Positions 11,192 to 19,475 of a DNA stretch of 64,000 nucleotides are shown in pieces. The notes beneath the pieces were generated by a model. The model was not told the DNA's origin and did not search any database. It worked only from the letters and a program-made list of their open reading frames with translations. Source of the stretch: Rhodospirillales bacterium (GTDB lineage Bacteria; Pseudomonadota; Alphaproteobacteria; UBA8366; JADFVY01); contig CP070634.1 of NCBI GenBank assembly GCA_020356105.1, positions 2,555,452 to 2,619,451 on the forward strand, in the 5' to 3' direction. The position numbers were made by a program, and so were the translations under genes. Each line of letters begins with the position of its first letter. The stretch's first letter is position 1.

Positions 11192-12711
11192 GCGACCTCG
11201 CCGGCTGGATCGGGCGGCATGCCGAGGCCACGCCCGACAAGACGGCGCTCCGCTTCGAAGGCGCGGAGATCAACTATGCCGGGCTCGCGGCGCGGATCGA
11301 CGCGGCGGCCCGGGCGCTGACACGGGAATTCGGCATCGCGCGCGGCGATCGCATCGCCCATCTGGGTCTCAACCACCCGGACATGCTGGTGCTGCTGTTC
11401 GCCTGCGCGCGGCTCGGCGCGATCTTGCTGCCGCTCAACTGGCGCCTCGCCCCGCCCGAGCATCGGTTCATCCTCGCGGACTCGCGGCCAAAGCTGCTGG
11501 TCGCGGCGGCGGACTTCGCGGCCGAGGTCGCCGCCATCGGGCCGGAGGCCAACGCCGTGCCGACACTCGGCCTCGGCGCGGACATCTCCGGCTGGCCGTC
11601 CTTCGAAGCGCTTGTCCGAGCGGCGGGCGGCGCCGGGTCCGGCGGCGGGTCGGGCGACGATCCCGTCCTTCTGGTGTACACCTCGGGTACGACCGGACGG
11701 CCGAAGGGGGCCCTGCTGACCCAGGCCAACCTCCACTGGAACGCCGCCAACAGCATCGACATGCACGCGCTCGGTGCGGACGACCACGTGTTGACGACGA
11801 TCCCGATGTTCCATGTCGGCGGGCTGAACATCCAGACCCTCCCGGCCTTGCAGGTCGGCGCCACCGTAACGCTGCACCAGCGATTCGTGCCGGGCGCGAC
11901 GCTCGCCGCCATCGCCGGCGACCGGCCGAGCCTGACCGTGCTGGTGCCGGCCCAGATGACCGCGCTGTTCGACGATCCCGGCTGGGCGACGGCGGACCTG
12001 TCGTCGCTGCGGCTGGTCACCACCGGATCGACCACCGTGCCGGTGCCGCTGATCCGAAGGCTGCACGAGCGCGGCGTGCCGGTGATCCAGGTCTACGGAG
12101 CGACCGAAACGGCGCCGGTGGTCGTCTACCAGACGCGCGAGGACGCCGAACGGCGGATCGGATCGGCCGGTCGCGCCGGTCGGTACAGCGAGATGCGCCT
12201 GGTCGACGCGGCCGGCGCCGAGGTGTCGCGGGGGCAGCCCGGCGAGATCCTCATTCGCGGCCCCCAGGTGATGCGCGAATACTGGGGCGATCCGGATGGC
12301 ACCGCGGCGGTGCTGCGCGACGGCTGGTTCCATACCGGCGATATCGGCCATACCGACGCCGAAGGCTGGCTCTATGTCGACGATCGCAAGAAGGATCTGA
12401 TCATCTCCGGCAGCGAGAACATCTACCCCGCGGAACTCGAGACCGTGCTCGCGGAATGCGATGCCATCGCCGAGAGCGCGGTCGTCGCGCGCCACGACGA
12501 GAGATGGGGCGAGGTGCCGGTCGCAGCGGTGGTGCTGCGCGATGCCGGCGCCATGGACCGGACCGCGGTGCTGACCCTGTTCGAGGGCCGGATCGCCCGC
12601 TTCAAGCATCCCAGGGACGTCGTCTTCCTGCCCGCACTGCCGCGCAATGCCATGGGCAAGGTGCAGAAATTCCGGCTGCGCGAGATGGTGGCCGAAAGCG
12701 GGGGCGGATGA
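11188..12711 (+). CDS. AMP-dependent synthetase/ligase (acyl- or aryl-CoA ligase)
   Basis: ORF 10612..12711 trimmed to ATG 11188 (ATGA overlap). Motifs seen: LVYTSGTTGRPKGA, QVYGATE, GWFHTGDIG, DRKKDLII and a C-terminal GKVQKFRLRE. Confidence 0.92.
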   Translation: MSDLAGWIGRHAEATPDKTALRFEGAEINYAGLAARIDAAARALTREFGIARGDRIAHLGLNHPDMLVLLFACARLGAILLPLNWRLAPPEHRFILADSRPKLLVAAADFAAEVAAIGPEANAVPTLGLGADISGWPSFEALVRAAGGAGSGGGSGDDPVLLVYTSGTTGRPKGALLTQANLHWNAANSIDMHALGADDHVLTTIPMFHVGGLNIQTLPALQVGATVTLHQRFVPGATLAAIAGDRPSLTVLVPAQMTALFDDPGWATADLSSLRLVTTGSTTVPVPLIRRLHERGVPVIQVYGATETAPVVVYQTREDAERRIGSAGRAGRYSEMRLVDAAGAEVSRGQPGEILIRGPQVMREYWGDPDGTAAVLRDGWFHTGDIGHTDAEGWLYVDDRKKDLIISGSENIYPAELETVLAECDAIAESAVVARHDERWGEVPVAAVVLRDAGAMDRTAVLTLFEGRIARFKHPRDVVFLPALPRNAMGKVQKFRLREMVAESGGG

Positions 12712-13127
12712 GACAAGTGCACCATCGGCTCGCTATGCGAACCACCGGGCAGGGCCTGTACGAGGTGACAGACCAGATCGCCCGCTGGCTGGCGACACAG
12801 GGTGTCGCCGATGGTCTCCTTACGGTGTTCTGCCGCCACACCTCGGCTTCGCTGACGATCCAGGAGAATGCGGACCCCGACGTGCAGCGCGATCTCGAGC
12901 ACTTCTTCAGCAGGCTGGTTCCCGAGAGTACGCAAGACTACCGCCACACGATCGAAGGGCCGGACGACATGCCGGCCCATATCAAGAGCGCGCTGACCGC
13001 AACCCAGCTGTCGATCCCGGTCACCGGCGGACGCATGGCGCTCGGCACCTGGCAGGGGATCTATCTGTTCGAACACCGCACGCGGCCGCACGACCGCACC
13101 CTGGCGCTGCATCTGATCGGCGAATAG
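12708..13127 (+). CDS. YjbQ/UPF0047 family protein (secondary thiamine-phosphate synthase family)
   Basis: ORF 12456..13127 trimmed to ATG 12708 (ATGA overlap). 139 aa with LTVFCRHTSASLTIQENADPDV, EGPDDMPAHIKSAL and LGTWQGIYLFEHR. Confidence 0.85.
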   Translation: MRQVHHRLAMRTTGQGLYEVTDQIARWLATQGVADGLLTVFCRHTSASLTIQENADPDVQRDLEHFFSRLVPESTQDYRHTIEGPDDMPAHIKSALTATQLSIPVTGGRMALGTWQGIYLFEHRTRPHDRTLALHLIGE

Positions 13128-13172
13128 ACCCTGCGCCGATCGCAGCCGGGCACGTGCCCCGACCTGCCGAAC

Positions 13173-13529
13173 TCACTTGGTCAGGCGATCGAGCTCGTCC
13201 CAGAGTTGACGCTCTTCCGCCTTCAGGTCGGAAAGCTTCAGTTCGAGCGACCGCTCGCGCATCGGGTCTTGCATGTGGATCGCATTGGCCAGCGCATGCT
13301 CGGTTTCTGCCAGCCTGTAGCAGATGTCGATCAACTCGGCGACGACCCACTGCTGGCGATATCCCAGCTCGCGCTGCTTGCCTTCGAGAGTGCTCGCCTT
13401 CCAGCGGTAGTCTTCCGCCTCGCGCAGCTGCAAATCATCATTCAGATGACCGCTTTGCCTGTCCCCGGCAATCGCGAACGACGATAGGCAGAGGACCAGA
13501 CCCGCCATCAAGAGCGCCGGTATCCGCAT
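13173..13529 (-). CDS. hypothetical secreted coiled-coil protein
   Basis: ORF 13173..13565 trimmed to MRIPALLMAGLVLCLSSFAIAG (signal-peptide-like). The rest is charged and heptad-like (LELKLSDLKAEERQLWDELDRL). I recognise no family. Confidence 0.55.
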   Translation of the reverse strand: MRIPALLMAGLVLCLSSFAIAGDRQSGHLNDDLQLREAEDYRWKASTLEGKQRELGYRQQWVVAELIDICYRLAETEHALANAIHMQDPMRERSLELKLSDLKAEERQLWDELDRLTK

Positions 13530-13802
13530 CAACTTGGGCTCCTCACCACACCGCCGGCCCGCCACCTGTCAGGCTACACGACGGACCGCTCGTTATCGCT
13601 GAGCGCCAATTTTATGAACAATTCCCAAAGGAAAGGTTAACGGGAGGTGAAAAGACCGGCGCCGCGGATCAGGCGCGCGCCTTCGGCGCGTCGACGACTA
13701 GGGCTGGCGGCTCGACAAATTCCCGGTATCATGATGGCCTGGAACCGCCCCCGCGCTCCCGGGGGCGTTTCGCTGTCAGAGCGGGCCGAAACAAGAGACG
13801 GC

Positions 13803-14711
13803 ATGACCGAGTTATGGATCCCCGTCACGATCGCCGCGGCGTTCATGCAGAACGCCCGTTCCGCGCTGCAGAAGCATCTGACGGGGCGGCTGTCGACGCT
13901 CGGCGCGACCTATGTCCGGTTCCTGTATGCGCTGCCGTTCGCCATCCTTTACGTTGCGGGGCTGCATGTCATCGGTGGTGAGGCGCTGCCGCGGCCGAAC
14001 CGCCTGTTCTTCCTCTATGTCTCGCTCGGCGGCCTCGCGCAGATCGTCTTCACCGGTCTTCTGATGTGGCTGTTTTCGTTCCGCAACTTTGCGGTCGGGA
14101 CCACCTTCTCGAAAACCGAGGTCATACAGGTCGCGATCCTCGGCCTGCTGATCCTCGGCGATACGCTGAGCCCGCTCGCGGCACTCGCGATCGTGGTGGC
14201 CGCGGCCGGCGTGATGATCCTTTCGGCCGGCCAGACCAACCTGTCGGCGGCCGCCCTGGTTGCCAGCCTGGCGGAGAAGCCGACCCTCATCGGCCTTGCC
14301 AGCGGCGCCTTCCTCGGCGCTTCGGTCGTGTTCTTCCGAGGCGCAGCGCTGTCGCTCGGCCATGACAGCGTCATCATGGCGGCGGCCTTCGCCCTCGCCG
14401 TCGCATTGATCATTCAGACCGTCATCATGGGGCTGTATCTCTTGCTGAAGGAGCCGGCAACGCTGGCCGATGTGGTGATCCAATGGCGCTGGGCCGTGGC
14501 CGTGGGGATTGCCGGCGTGCTCGCGTCGATCGGCTGGTTCACCGCGTTCACCCTGCAGAACGGCGCCTATGTGCGCGCCCTCGGGCAGATCGAGCTTATC
14601 TTTACCTTCATTGCCTCGGTGCTGTTCTTCCGGGAACGCAGCAGCCGCGCCGAGATCGCCGGGATCCTGCTCGTCGCGGCCGGAATCCTGCTCCTGATCC
14701 TCGGGCGTTGA
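13803..14711 (+). CDS. EamA/DMT-superfamily transporter
   Basis: ORF 13647..14711 trimmed to ATG 13803 (MTELWIPVTIAAAFMQNARSALQKHL...). About 10 hydrophobic helices in two EamA-like halves. The upstream 52 codons are Arg/Pro-rich. Confidence 0.8.
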   Translation: MTELWIPVTIAAAFMQNARSALQKHLTGRLSTLGATYVRFLYALPFAILYVAGLHVIGGEALPRPNRLFFLYVSLGGLAQIVFTGLLMWLFSFRNFAVGTTFSKTEVIQVAILGLLILGDTLSPLAALAIVVAAAGVMILSAGQTNLSAAALVASLAEKPTLIGLASGAFLGASVVFFRGAALSLGHDSVIMAAAFALAVALIIQTVIMGLYLLLKEPATLADVVIQWRWAVAVGIAGVLASIGWFTAFTLQNGAYVRALGQIELIFTFIASVLFFRERSSRAEIAGILLVAAGILLLILGR

Positions 14712-14819
14712 ATCCGGCTCGGGCGATCGCATTTGACTGTTGTCATTCGCACCGCCCCGGCTTTCCCCATAAGGTTGGCGATCAGGTCAGCGTGAAACGG
14801 CCCTGTTTCTCATGCGGTA

Positions 14820-14839
14820 CCTATTCGAACCTATTCGAC
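14820..14839. repeat. tandem 10-bp direct repeat (CCTATTCGAA CCTATTCGAC) upstream of the first MoaD-like gene
   Basis: Read directly from the sequence. It lies 68-104 nt upstream of the two candidate starts, 14907 and 14943. Confidence 0.6.
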
Positions 14840-14906
14840 AAGACGCCGCGTTGCGGGACAGACGGTCCGCCAGTCGATGCGGTGACGGGTCAGGAGTATT
14901 CCGGGA

Positions 14907-15254
14907 ATGGATTCGAAGAGCCGCGACAAGACCGGCGGCAGCATGATCGGCCACAATGCGGGCGACGTTACGGTCACGATCGAGGTTCGCCTGTTCAACA
15001 GCCTCTGCAAGCACGCCGGCAACCGTGGTGCGGTCCTGCCCCTGACGCTGCCGGCCGGCAGTAGCGTCGGCGACGTGCTGCAAGAGCTCGTCATCCCGCC
15101 CGATGCGGTCTACCTTGTGCTGCGTAACGGGCGCGACATTACGCCCAGCCTGTACAGGGGAATCAATGTCGAAGCCATCCTCGACGAGGGCGATGTGATC
15201 GCGCTGTCGGGACCGGTCCCCTACAGCTGGGGCTACGGCGCGCCGGTCGTCTGA
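14907..15254 (+). CDS. MoaD/ThiS-like beta-grasp protein without a C-terminal Gly-Gly
   Basis: High-GC3 ORF. VTVTIEVRLFNSL...LPLTLPAGSSVGDVLQEL...VYLVLRNGRDI...LDEGDVIALSGPVP follows the MoaD/ThiS pattern but ends ...PYSWGYGAPVV. The start is uncertain: ATG 14907, or ATG 14943 (MIGHNAGD...). Confidence 0.6.
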   Translation: MDSKSRDKTGGSMIGHNAGDVTVTIEVRLFNSLCKHAGNRGAVLPLTLPAGSSVGDVLQELVIPPDAVYLVLRNGRDITPSLYRGINVEAILDEGDVIALSGPVPYSWGYGAPVV

Positions 15255-15278
15255 ACCGGATTGGCGCATCCCCGCTAC

Positions 15279-15575
15279 TCAGCCGCCGCCCTTCTGATAG
15301 GCCTTCCAGAACCGCTCGAGGGCGGCGCTGCGTTCGGCATCGCTGTAGCCCGAAAAGGTCAGCTGAACATGAGTCACCGGGAGCCTGAAGTGGCCGAGAT
15401 GTCGCACCGACTCCTCGGACAGGTCGATGCGCAACCGGCGCTCGCCGTTGCTGACTTGGATGGTGTGCCCCGAGATGCTGATCTCACCGTCGCCGACGGC
15501 TTTCGGCAGCAGGCGCAGGAAATCGGCATGCGTGTACCCCATTTCCTTGTCGACGATATGTTCGTCCGGCGCCAT
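15279..15575 (-). CDS. hypothetical protein (98 aa), convergent with the MoaD-like gene
   Basis: MAPDEHIVDKEMGYTHADFLRLLPKAVGDGEISISGHTIQVSNGERRLRIDLSEES...FWKAYQKGGG. Amino-acid composition is balanced and GC3 is high, whereas the overlapping plus-strand ORF 15261..15650 is Ala/Pro/Arg-rich. I recognise no family. Confidence 0.6.
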   Translation of the reverse strand: MAPDEHIVDKEMGYTHADFLRLLPKAVGDGEISISGHTIQVSNGERRLRIDLSEESVRHLGHFRLPVTHVQLTFSGYSDAERSAALERFWKAYQKGGG

Positions 15576-15808
15576 CCCAGCCCCCTTTCGGCCGCCACCG
15601 CACCACCGGGCCCCGCCGCCCAGCGCTCAATTGATCATCATTCGCATTGAACTGCAGGGAAATTCGTTGCTACTATCTATCTCGATCGCAAGTTAGCGCG
15701 TCCGCGCGGTCTCAAGCAAACAACGATAACGGGTTGCGATCGCATGCTGATAATCTGATCGGTCGGACTCTGACGCATGCCGGCCGGCAAACGTGGGAGG
15801 ACATCGGT

Positions 15809-16288
15809 TTGCAAAGATCCCTGGTGATCGATCCCGGCAAATGCACGGGCTGTCTGCAGTGCGAACTTGCCTGCTCGTACGACAACGAGTCCATCTTCAA
15901 TCCATCGAAATCGCGGATCAAGGTATTCAGTTTCCACGACAAGGGGCGGTTCGTCCCCTACACCTGCACCCAGTGCGACGAGGCCTGGTGCATGAAGGCC
16001 TGCCCGGTGGACGCGATTTCCGTCGATGCCGCGAGCGGCGCCAAGATTGTCTCCGACGAGCTCTGCGTCGGCTGCAAGGTCTGCACGGTTGCCTGCCCCT
16101 TCGGCACCGTCAATTACAACGCCGACACCGGCAAGGTGATCAAGTGCGACCTGTGCGGCGGCGATCCGGAGTGCGCCAAGGCCTGCCCGACCGACGCGAT
16201 CGTTTTTGTCGATGCCAACTGGACCGGGCTAGAGCGCATGCGCACCTGGGCGGAGAAGACCGACGCCGGCCAGCAAGCCAGCGCCTGA
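15809..16288 (+). CDS. 4x[4Fe-4S] ferredoxin-like electron-transfer subunit (AorA-like)
   Basis: ORF 15647..16288 trimmed to TTG 15809, which has GGGAGG 8 nt upstream. Four Cys clusters are present: CTGCLQCELAC, CTQCDEAWCMKACP, CVGCKVCTVACP and CDLCGGDPECAKACP. Confidence 0.85.
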   Translation: MQRSLVIDPGKCTGCLQCELACSYDNESIFNPSKSRIKVFSFHDKGRFVPYTCTQCDEAWCMKACPVDAISVDAASGAKIVSDELCVGCKVCTVACPFGTVNYNADTGKVIKCDLCGGDPECAKACPTDAIVFVDANWTGLERMRTWAEKTDAGQQASA

Positions 16289-16304
16289 TTTACGGGAGGA
16301 CGAT

Positions 16305-18152
16305 ATGGCCTGGGCCAAGAACATCCTGCGCGTCAACCTGACCAAGGGCACGTGCACGAACGAGCCGCTCAACATGGAGTGGGCGGACAAGTATCTCGGA
16401 CAGCGTGGACTGGCGACGAAATATTTCGTCGAAGAAGTCGACCCGAAGGTCGACCCGCTGTCGCCGGACAACAAGCTGATCATGACGACGGGCCCGCTCA
16501 CCGGCACGTCGGCCTCGACCGCTGGGCGTTACTCTGTGGTCACCAAGGGCGCATTGACCGGCGCCATCGCGTGTTCCAACTCCGGCGGTTTCTTCGGCAA
16601 CGAGATGAAGAACGCCGGCTACGACATGATCATCTTCGAGGGCAAGGCGAAGACCCCTGTCTACCTGTTCATCGACGACGACGATGCGCGTCTGCTCGAT
16701 GCTGGAGAGATCTGGGGCAAGTCCGTATGGGACACCGAAGACTGGATCAAGGAGCATCACCAGGACCCGATGATCCGCGTCGCCTCGATCGGCGTCTCGG
16801 GAGAGAAGGGCGTCCTGTTCGCATGCGTCGTCAACGATTATCACCGCGCTGCGGGACGCTCCGGCGTCGGCACGGTGATGGGATCGAAGAACTTGAAGGC
16901 GGTCGCGATCCGCGGGACCAAGGGCGTGCAGGTCAAAGACTACAAGCGTTTCATGGAGGCAACCGCGGCCGCCAAGAAGGTGTTGGCGGAAAACGCCGTG
17001 ACCGGCGAAGGCCTGCCCGCCTACGGCACACAAGTCTTGATGAACGTGATCAACGAGACCGGTGCGCTGCCGACCCGCAACCATCAGACCGTTCAGTTCG
17101 AGGGCGCACACGCGATTTCGGCGGAGGCAATGGTGGAGCCGCGGAAGTCAGACGGCAAGCCGAACCTGGTGCGAAACGGGGCGTGTTTCGGTTGCACCAT
17201 CGCCTGCGGCCGGATCTCAAGCATCGATCGGACGCATTACACGGTGGCTGAACGGCCGCAATATCAGATCGCGTCGGGCGGGCTCGAGTACGAGGCGGCC
17301 TGGGCTCTCGGCGCTGCGACCGGCGTCGACGATCTCGACGCGCTCACCTTCGCCAACTTCATCTGCAACGAGCAGGGCTACGACCCGATCTCGTTCGGCG
17401 CCACCGTCGCCGCAGCGATGGAGATGTACGAGACGGGCGTCATCGACGACAAGGTGACGGGCGGCATAGAACTTAAATTCGGTAATGAGAGGGCGCTGAC
17501 CGAGCTGGCGGAGCTATGCGGCAGGGGCGAGGGATTCGGGGCCGAGATCGGTCTCGGATCGCGGCGGCTGTGCGAGAAGTACGGCCACCCGGAGCTGTCA
17601 ATGGCGGTCAAGAGCCAGGAGTTTCCGGCTTACGATTCGCGCGGCATTCAGGGCATGGGCCTGACCTACGCGACCTCGAATCGCGGCGCCTGCCACCTGC
17701 GCAGCTATACCGTCGCATCGGAAGTGCTCGGCATCCCCGAGAAGACCGATCCGCACTCCACCGAGGGCAAGGCCGGGCTGGTAAAGGCGTTCCAGGATGC
17801 GACCGCCGCCTTCGACTCGTCGGGTACGTGCATCTTCACGTCGTTCGCCTGGACACTCGAGGACGTGGCGCCGCAGGTCGACGCGGCCTGCGAGGGCGAA
17901 TGGACCGCCGAGAAGCTGCTGGAGGTCGGCGAACGCGTCTGGAATCTGGAGCGTCAGTTCAATAACGCAGCCGGCTTCACGGCCAAGGACGACAATTTGC
18001 CTGCGCGGCTCTTGAAGGATGCGGCCAAGGTCGGCCCTGCCAAGGGTTTGACCAACCAGCTCGACAAGATGCTGCCGGAATATTACGAGCTGCGAGGCTG
18101 GACTTCGGACGGCGTGCCGACCAACGAGACGCTGAATCGGCTTAGCCTCTGA
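16305..18152 (+). CDS. aldehyde:ferredoxin oxidoreductase family (tungsto-/molybdopterin) catalytic subunit (AorB-like)
   Basis: 615 aa. MAWAKNILRVNLTKGTCTNEPL...YLGQRGLATKYF...GPLTGTSASTAGRYSVVTKGALTG is a typical AOR N-domain. The [4Fe-4S] motif is NGACFGCTIACGR plus a later Cys (SSGTCIF). GGGAGG lies 6 nt upstream. Confidence 0.92.
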   Translation: MAWAKNILRVNLTKGTCTNEPLNMEWADKYLGQRGLATKYFVEEVDPKVDPLSPDNKLIMTTGPLTGTSASTAGRYSVVTKGALTGAIACSNSGGFFGNEMKNAGYDMIIFEGKAKTPVYLFIDDDDARLLDAGEIWGKSVWDTEDWIKEHHQDPMIRVASIGVSGEKGVLFACVVNDYHRAAGRSGVGTVMGSKNLKAVAIRGTKGVQVKDYKRFMEATAAAKKVLAENAVTGEGLPAYGTQVLMNVINETGALPTRNHQTVQFEGAHAISAEAMVEPRKSDGKPNLVRNGACFGCTIACGRISSIDRTHYTVAERPQYQIASGGLEYEAAWALGAATGVDDLDALTFANFICNEQGYDPISFGATVAAAMEMYETGVIDDKVTGGIELKFGNERALTELAELCGRGEGFGAEIGLGSRRLCEKYGHPELSMAVKSQEFPAYDSRGIQGMGLTYATSNRGACHLRSYTVASEVLGIPEKTDPHSTEGKAGLVKAFQDATAAFDSSGTCIFTSFAWTLEDVAPQVDAACEGEWTAEKLLEVGERVWNLERQFNNAAGFTAKDDNLPARLLKDAAKVGPAKGLTNQLDKMLPEYYELRGWTSDGVPTNETLNRLSL

Positions 18153-18233
18153 TATCGGGCGGGGGGGCGCTGCCCCCTTCCCCGCCGCCGCGACGACGGC
18201 TCGAGACATCAACCCCTGCCGGGAGTCGAACGC

Positions 18234-19475
18234 ATGACTTATGTGATCATTGGCGCCGGCCCCTCCGGCGTCACCGCGGCCGAAACGCTCCGCAAGGTGG
18301 ATCCGGTGGGCGAAATCATCCTGCTCGGGGGCGAGCCGGAGCCGCCCTATTCGAGAATGGCGATCCCGTATCTGCTGACCGGGCAGATCGACGAGGCCGG
18401 CACGTATCTGCGCAAGCGAGACGGCCATTACGAGGCCAACCGCATCGAATACAGGCAGGCGACGGTCGAGAGCGTCGATCCCGCCGCGAAATCCCTGACG
18501 CTCGCCGACGGAACGACCCAGGCCTATGACAAGCTGCTGGTCGCAACCGGCGCCAGCCCGGTCAAGCCGCCGATCGACGGGCTGGACCTGCCCGGAGTCC
18601 ATCACTGTTGGACCCTTGCCGATGCGCGCCACATCATTGCACTCGCCGGCAAGGGTGCAGAGGTCGTTCTGATGGGCGCCGGCTTCATCGGCTGCATCAT
18701 TCTGGAATCTCTGGTCGAGCGGGGAGTCAAGCTGACGGTCGTCGAGGCACTCGATCGCATGGTGCCGCGCATGATGAACGCGCCGGCTGGCAACATGATC
18801 AAGAACTGGTGCACCGAAAAGGGCGTCCGGGTCCTGACCTCGACGAAGGTGACCAGGCTTGCACAGTCGGACGGTCGTCTCGCGGTGGAGCTCGACAGCG
18901 GCGAGCAGACGGCGGCCGATCTCGTCGTGGTCGCCACCGGCGTGCGCTCCAACGTCGATTTCCTTGAGGGGTCCGGGGTCAAGACCGACACGGGCATCGT
19001 TGTCGATCAGAACATGCGCTCGACGGTCGAGGATATCTATGCGGCAGGCGATTGCGCACAGGGTCTGGACTTCTCGACCGGCGGCTGGGAGGTGCATGCG
19101 ATCCAGCCGACCGCGGTCGATCACGGCCGCATCGCCGCCCTCAACATGGCCGGCCGGCCGACGCCGTTTAATGGCAGCCTGAATATGAACGTGCTCGACA
19201 CGGCGGGTCTGATTTCTGTCAGTTTCGGGCGCTGGGACGGGGTCGAGGGCGGCGACCACGCCGAGTCCGTGGATGCCGACAATTACCGTTACACCCGGCT
19301 CGAATTTGATGGCGATCGGATCGTCGGGGCGCTAGCACTCGGTCGAACCGACCATGTCGGCGTGCTGCGCGGACTCATCCAGACCGGGATTCACCTCGGG
19401 CCGTGGAAAGAAAAGCTGATGGCCGACCCAAACCGTATCGTCGAGGCCTATATCGACCGGACCCAGGGGGCATGA
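18234..19475 (+). CDS. FAD/NAD(P)-binding pyridine nucleotide-disulfide oxidoreductase (AorC-like)
   Basis: 413 aa with two Rossmann motifs: MTYVIIGAGPSGVTAAE and VVLMGAGFIGCI. AAGDCA is also present. Confidence 0.88.
   Translation: MTYVIIGAGPSGVTAAETLRKVDPVGEIILLGGEPEPPYSRMAIPYLLTGQIDEAGTYLRKRDGHYEANRIEYRQATVESVDPAAKSLTLADGTTQAYDKLLVATGASPVKPPIDGLDLPGVHHCWTLADARHIIALAGKGAEVVLMGAGFIGCIILESLVERGVKLTVVEALDRMVPRMMNAPAGNMIKNWCTEKGVRVLTSTKVTRLAQSDGRLAVELDSGEQTAADLVVVATGVRSNVDFLEGSGVKTDTGIVVDQNMRSTVEDIYAAGDCAQGLDFSTGGWEVHAIQPTAVDHGRIAALNMAGRPTPFNGSLNMNVLDTAGLISVSFGRWDGVEGGDHAESVDADNYRYTRLEFDGDRIVGALALGRTDHVGVLRGLIQTGIHLGPWKEKLMADPNRIVEAYIDRTQGA

Noticed and set aside
8121-12711. N-terminal extensions in the ORF track: 8121..9935, 9677..11191, 10612..12711, 12456..13127. 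The same applies to 51493..52674, 54041..55441, 36859..38340 and 38157..39179.
   Set aside because: The extended parts overlap the preceding gene in another frame and are Arg/Pro/Gly-rich. Internal ATG or GTG codons give family-typical N-termini and 4-nt start/stop overlaps, so I trimmed the genes to those starts.
13746-13770. GC hairpin CGCCCCC-N8-GGGGGCG followed by TTT, 33 nt upstream of the EamA transporter start (attenuator or terminator?).
   Set aside because: It has only a 7-bp stem and a 3-nt U-tract, and no upstream gene on that strand for it to terminate. The support is too weak to call.
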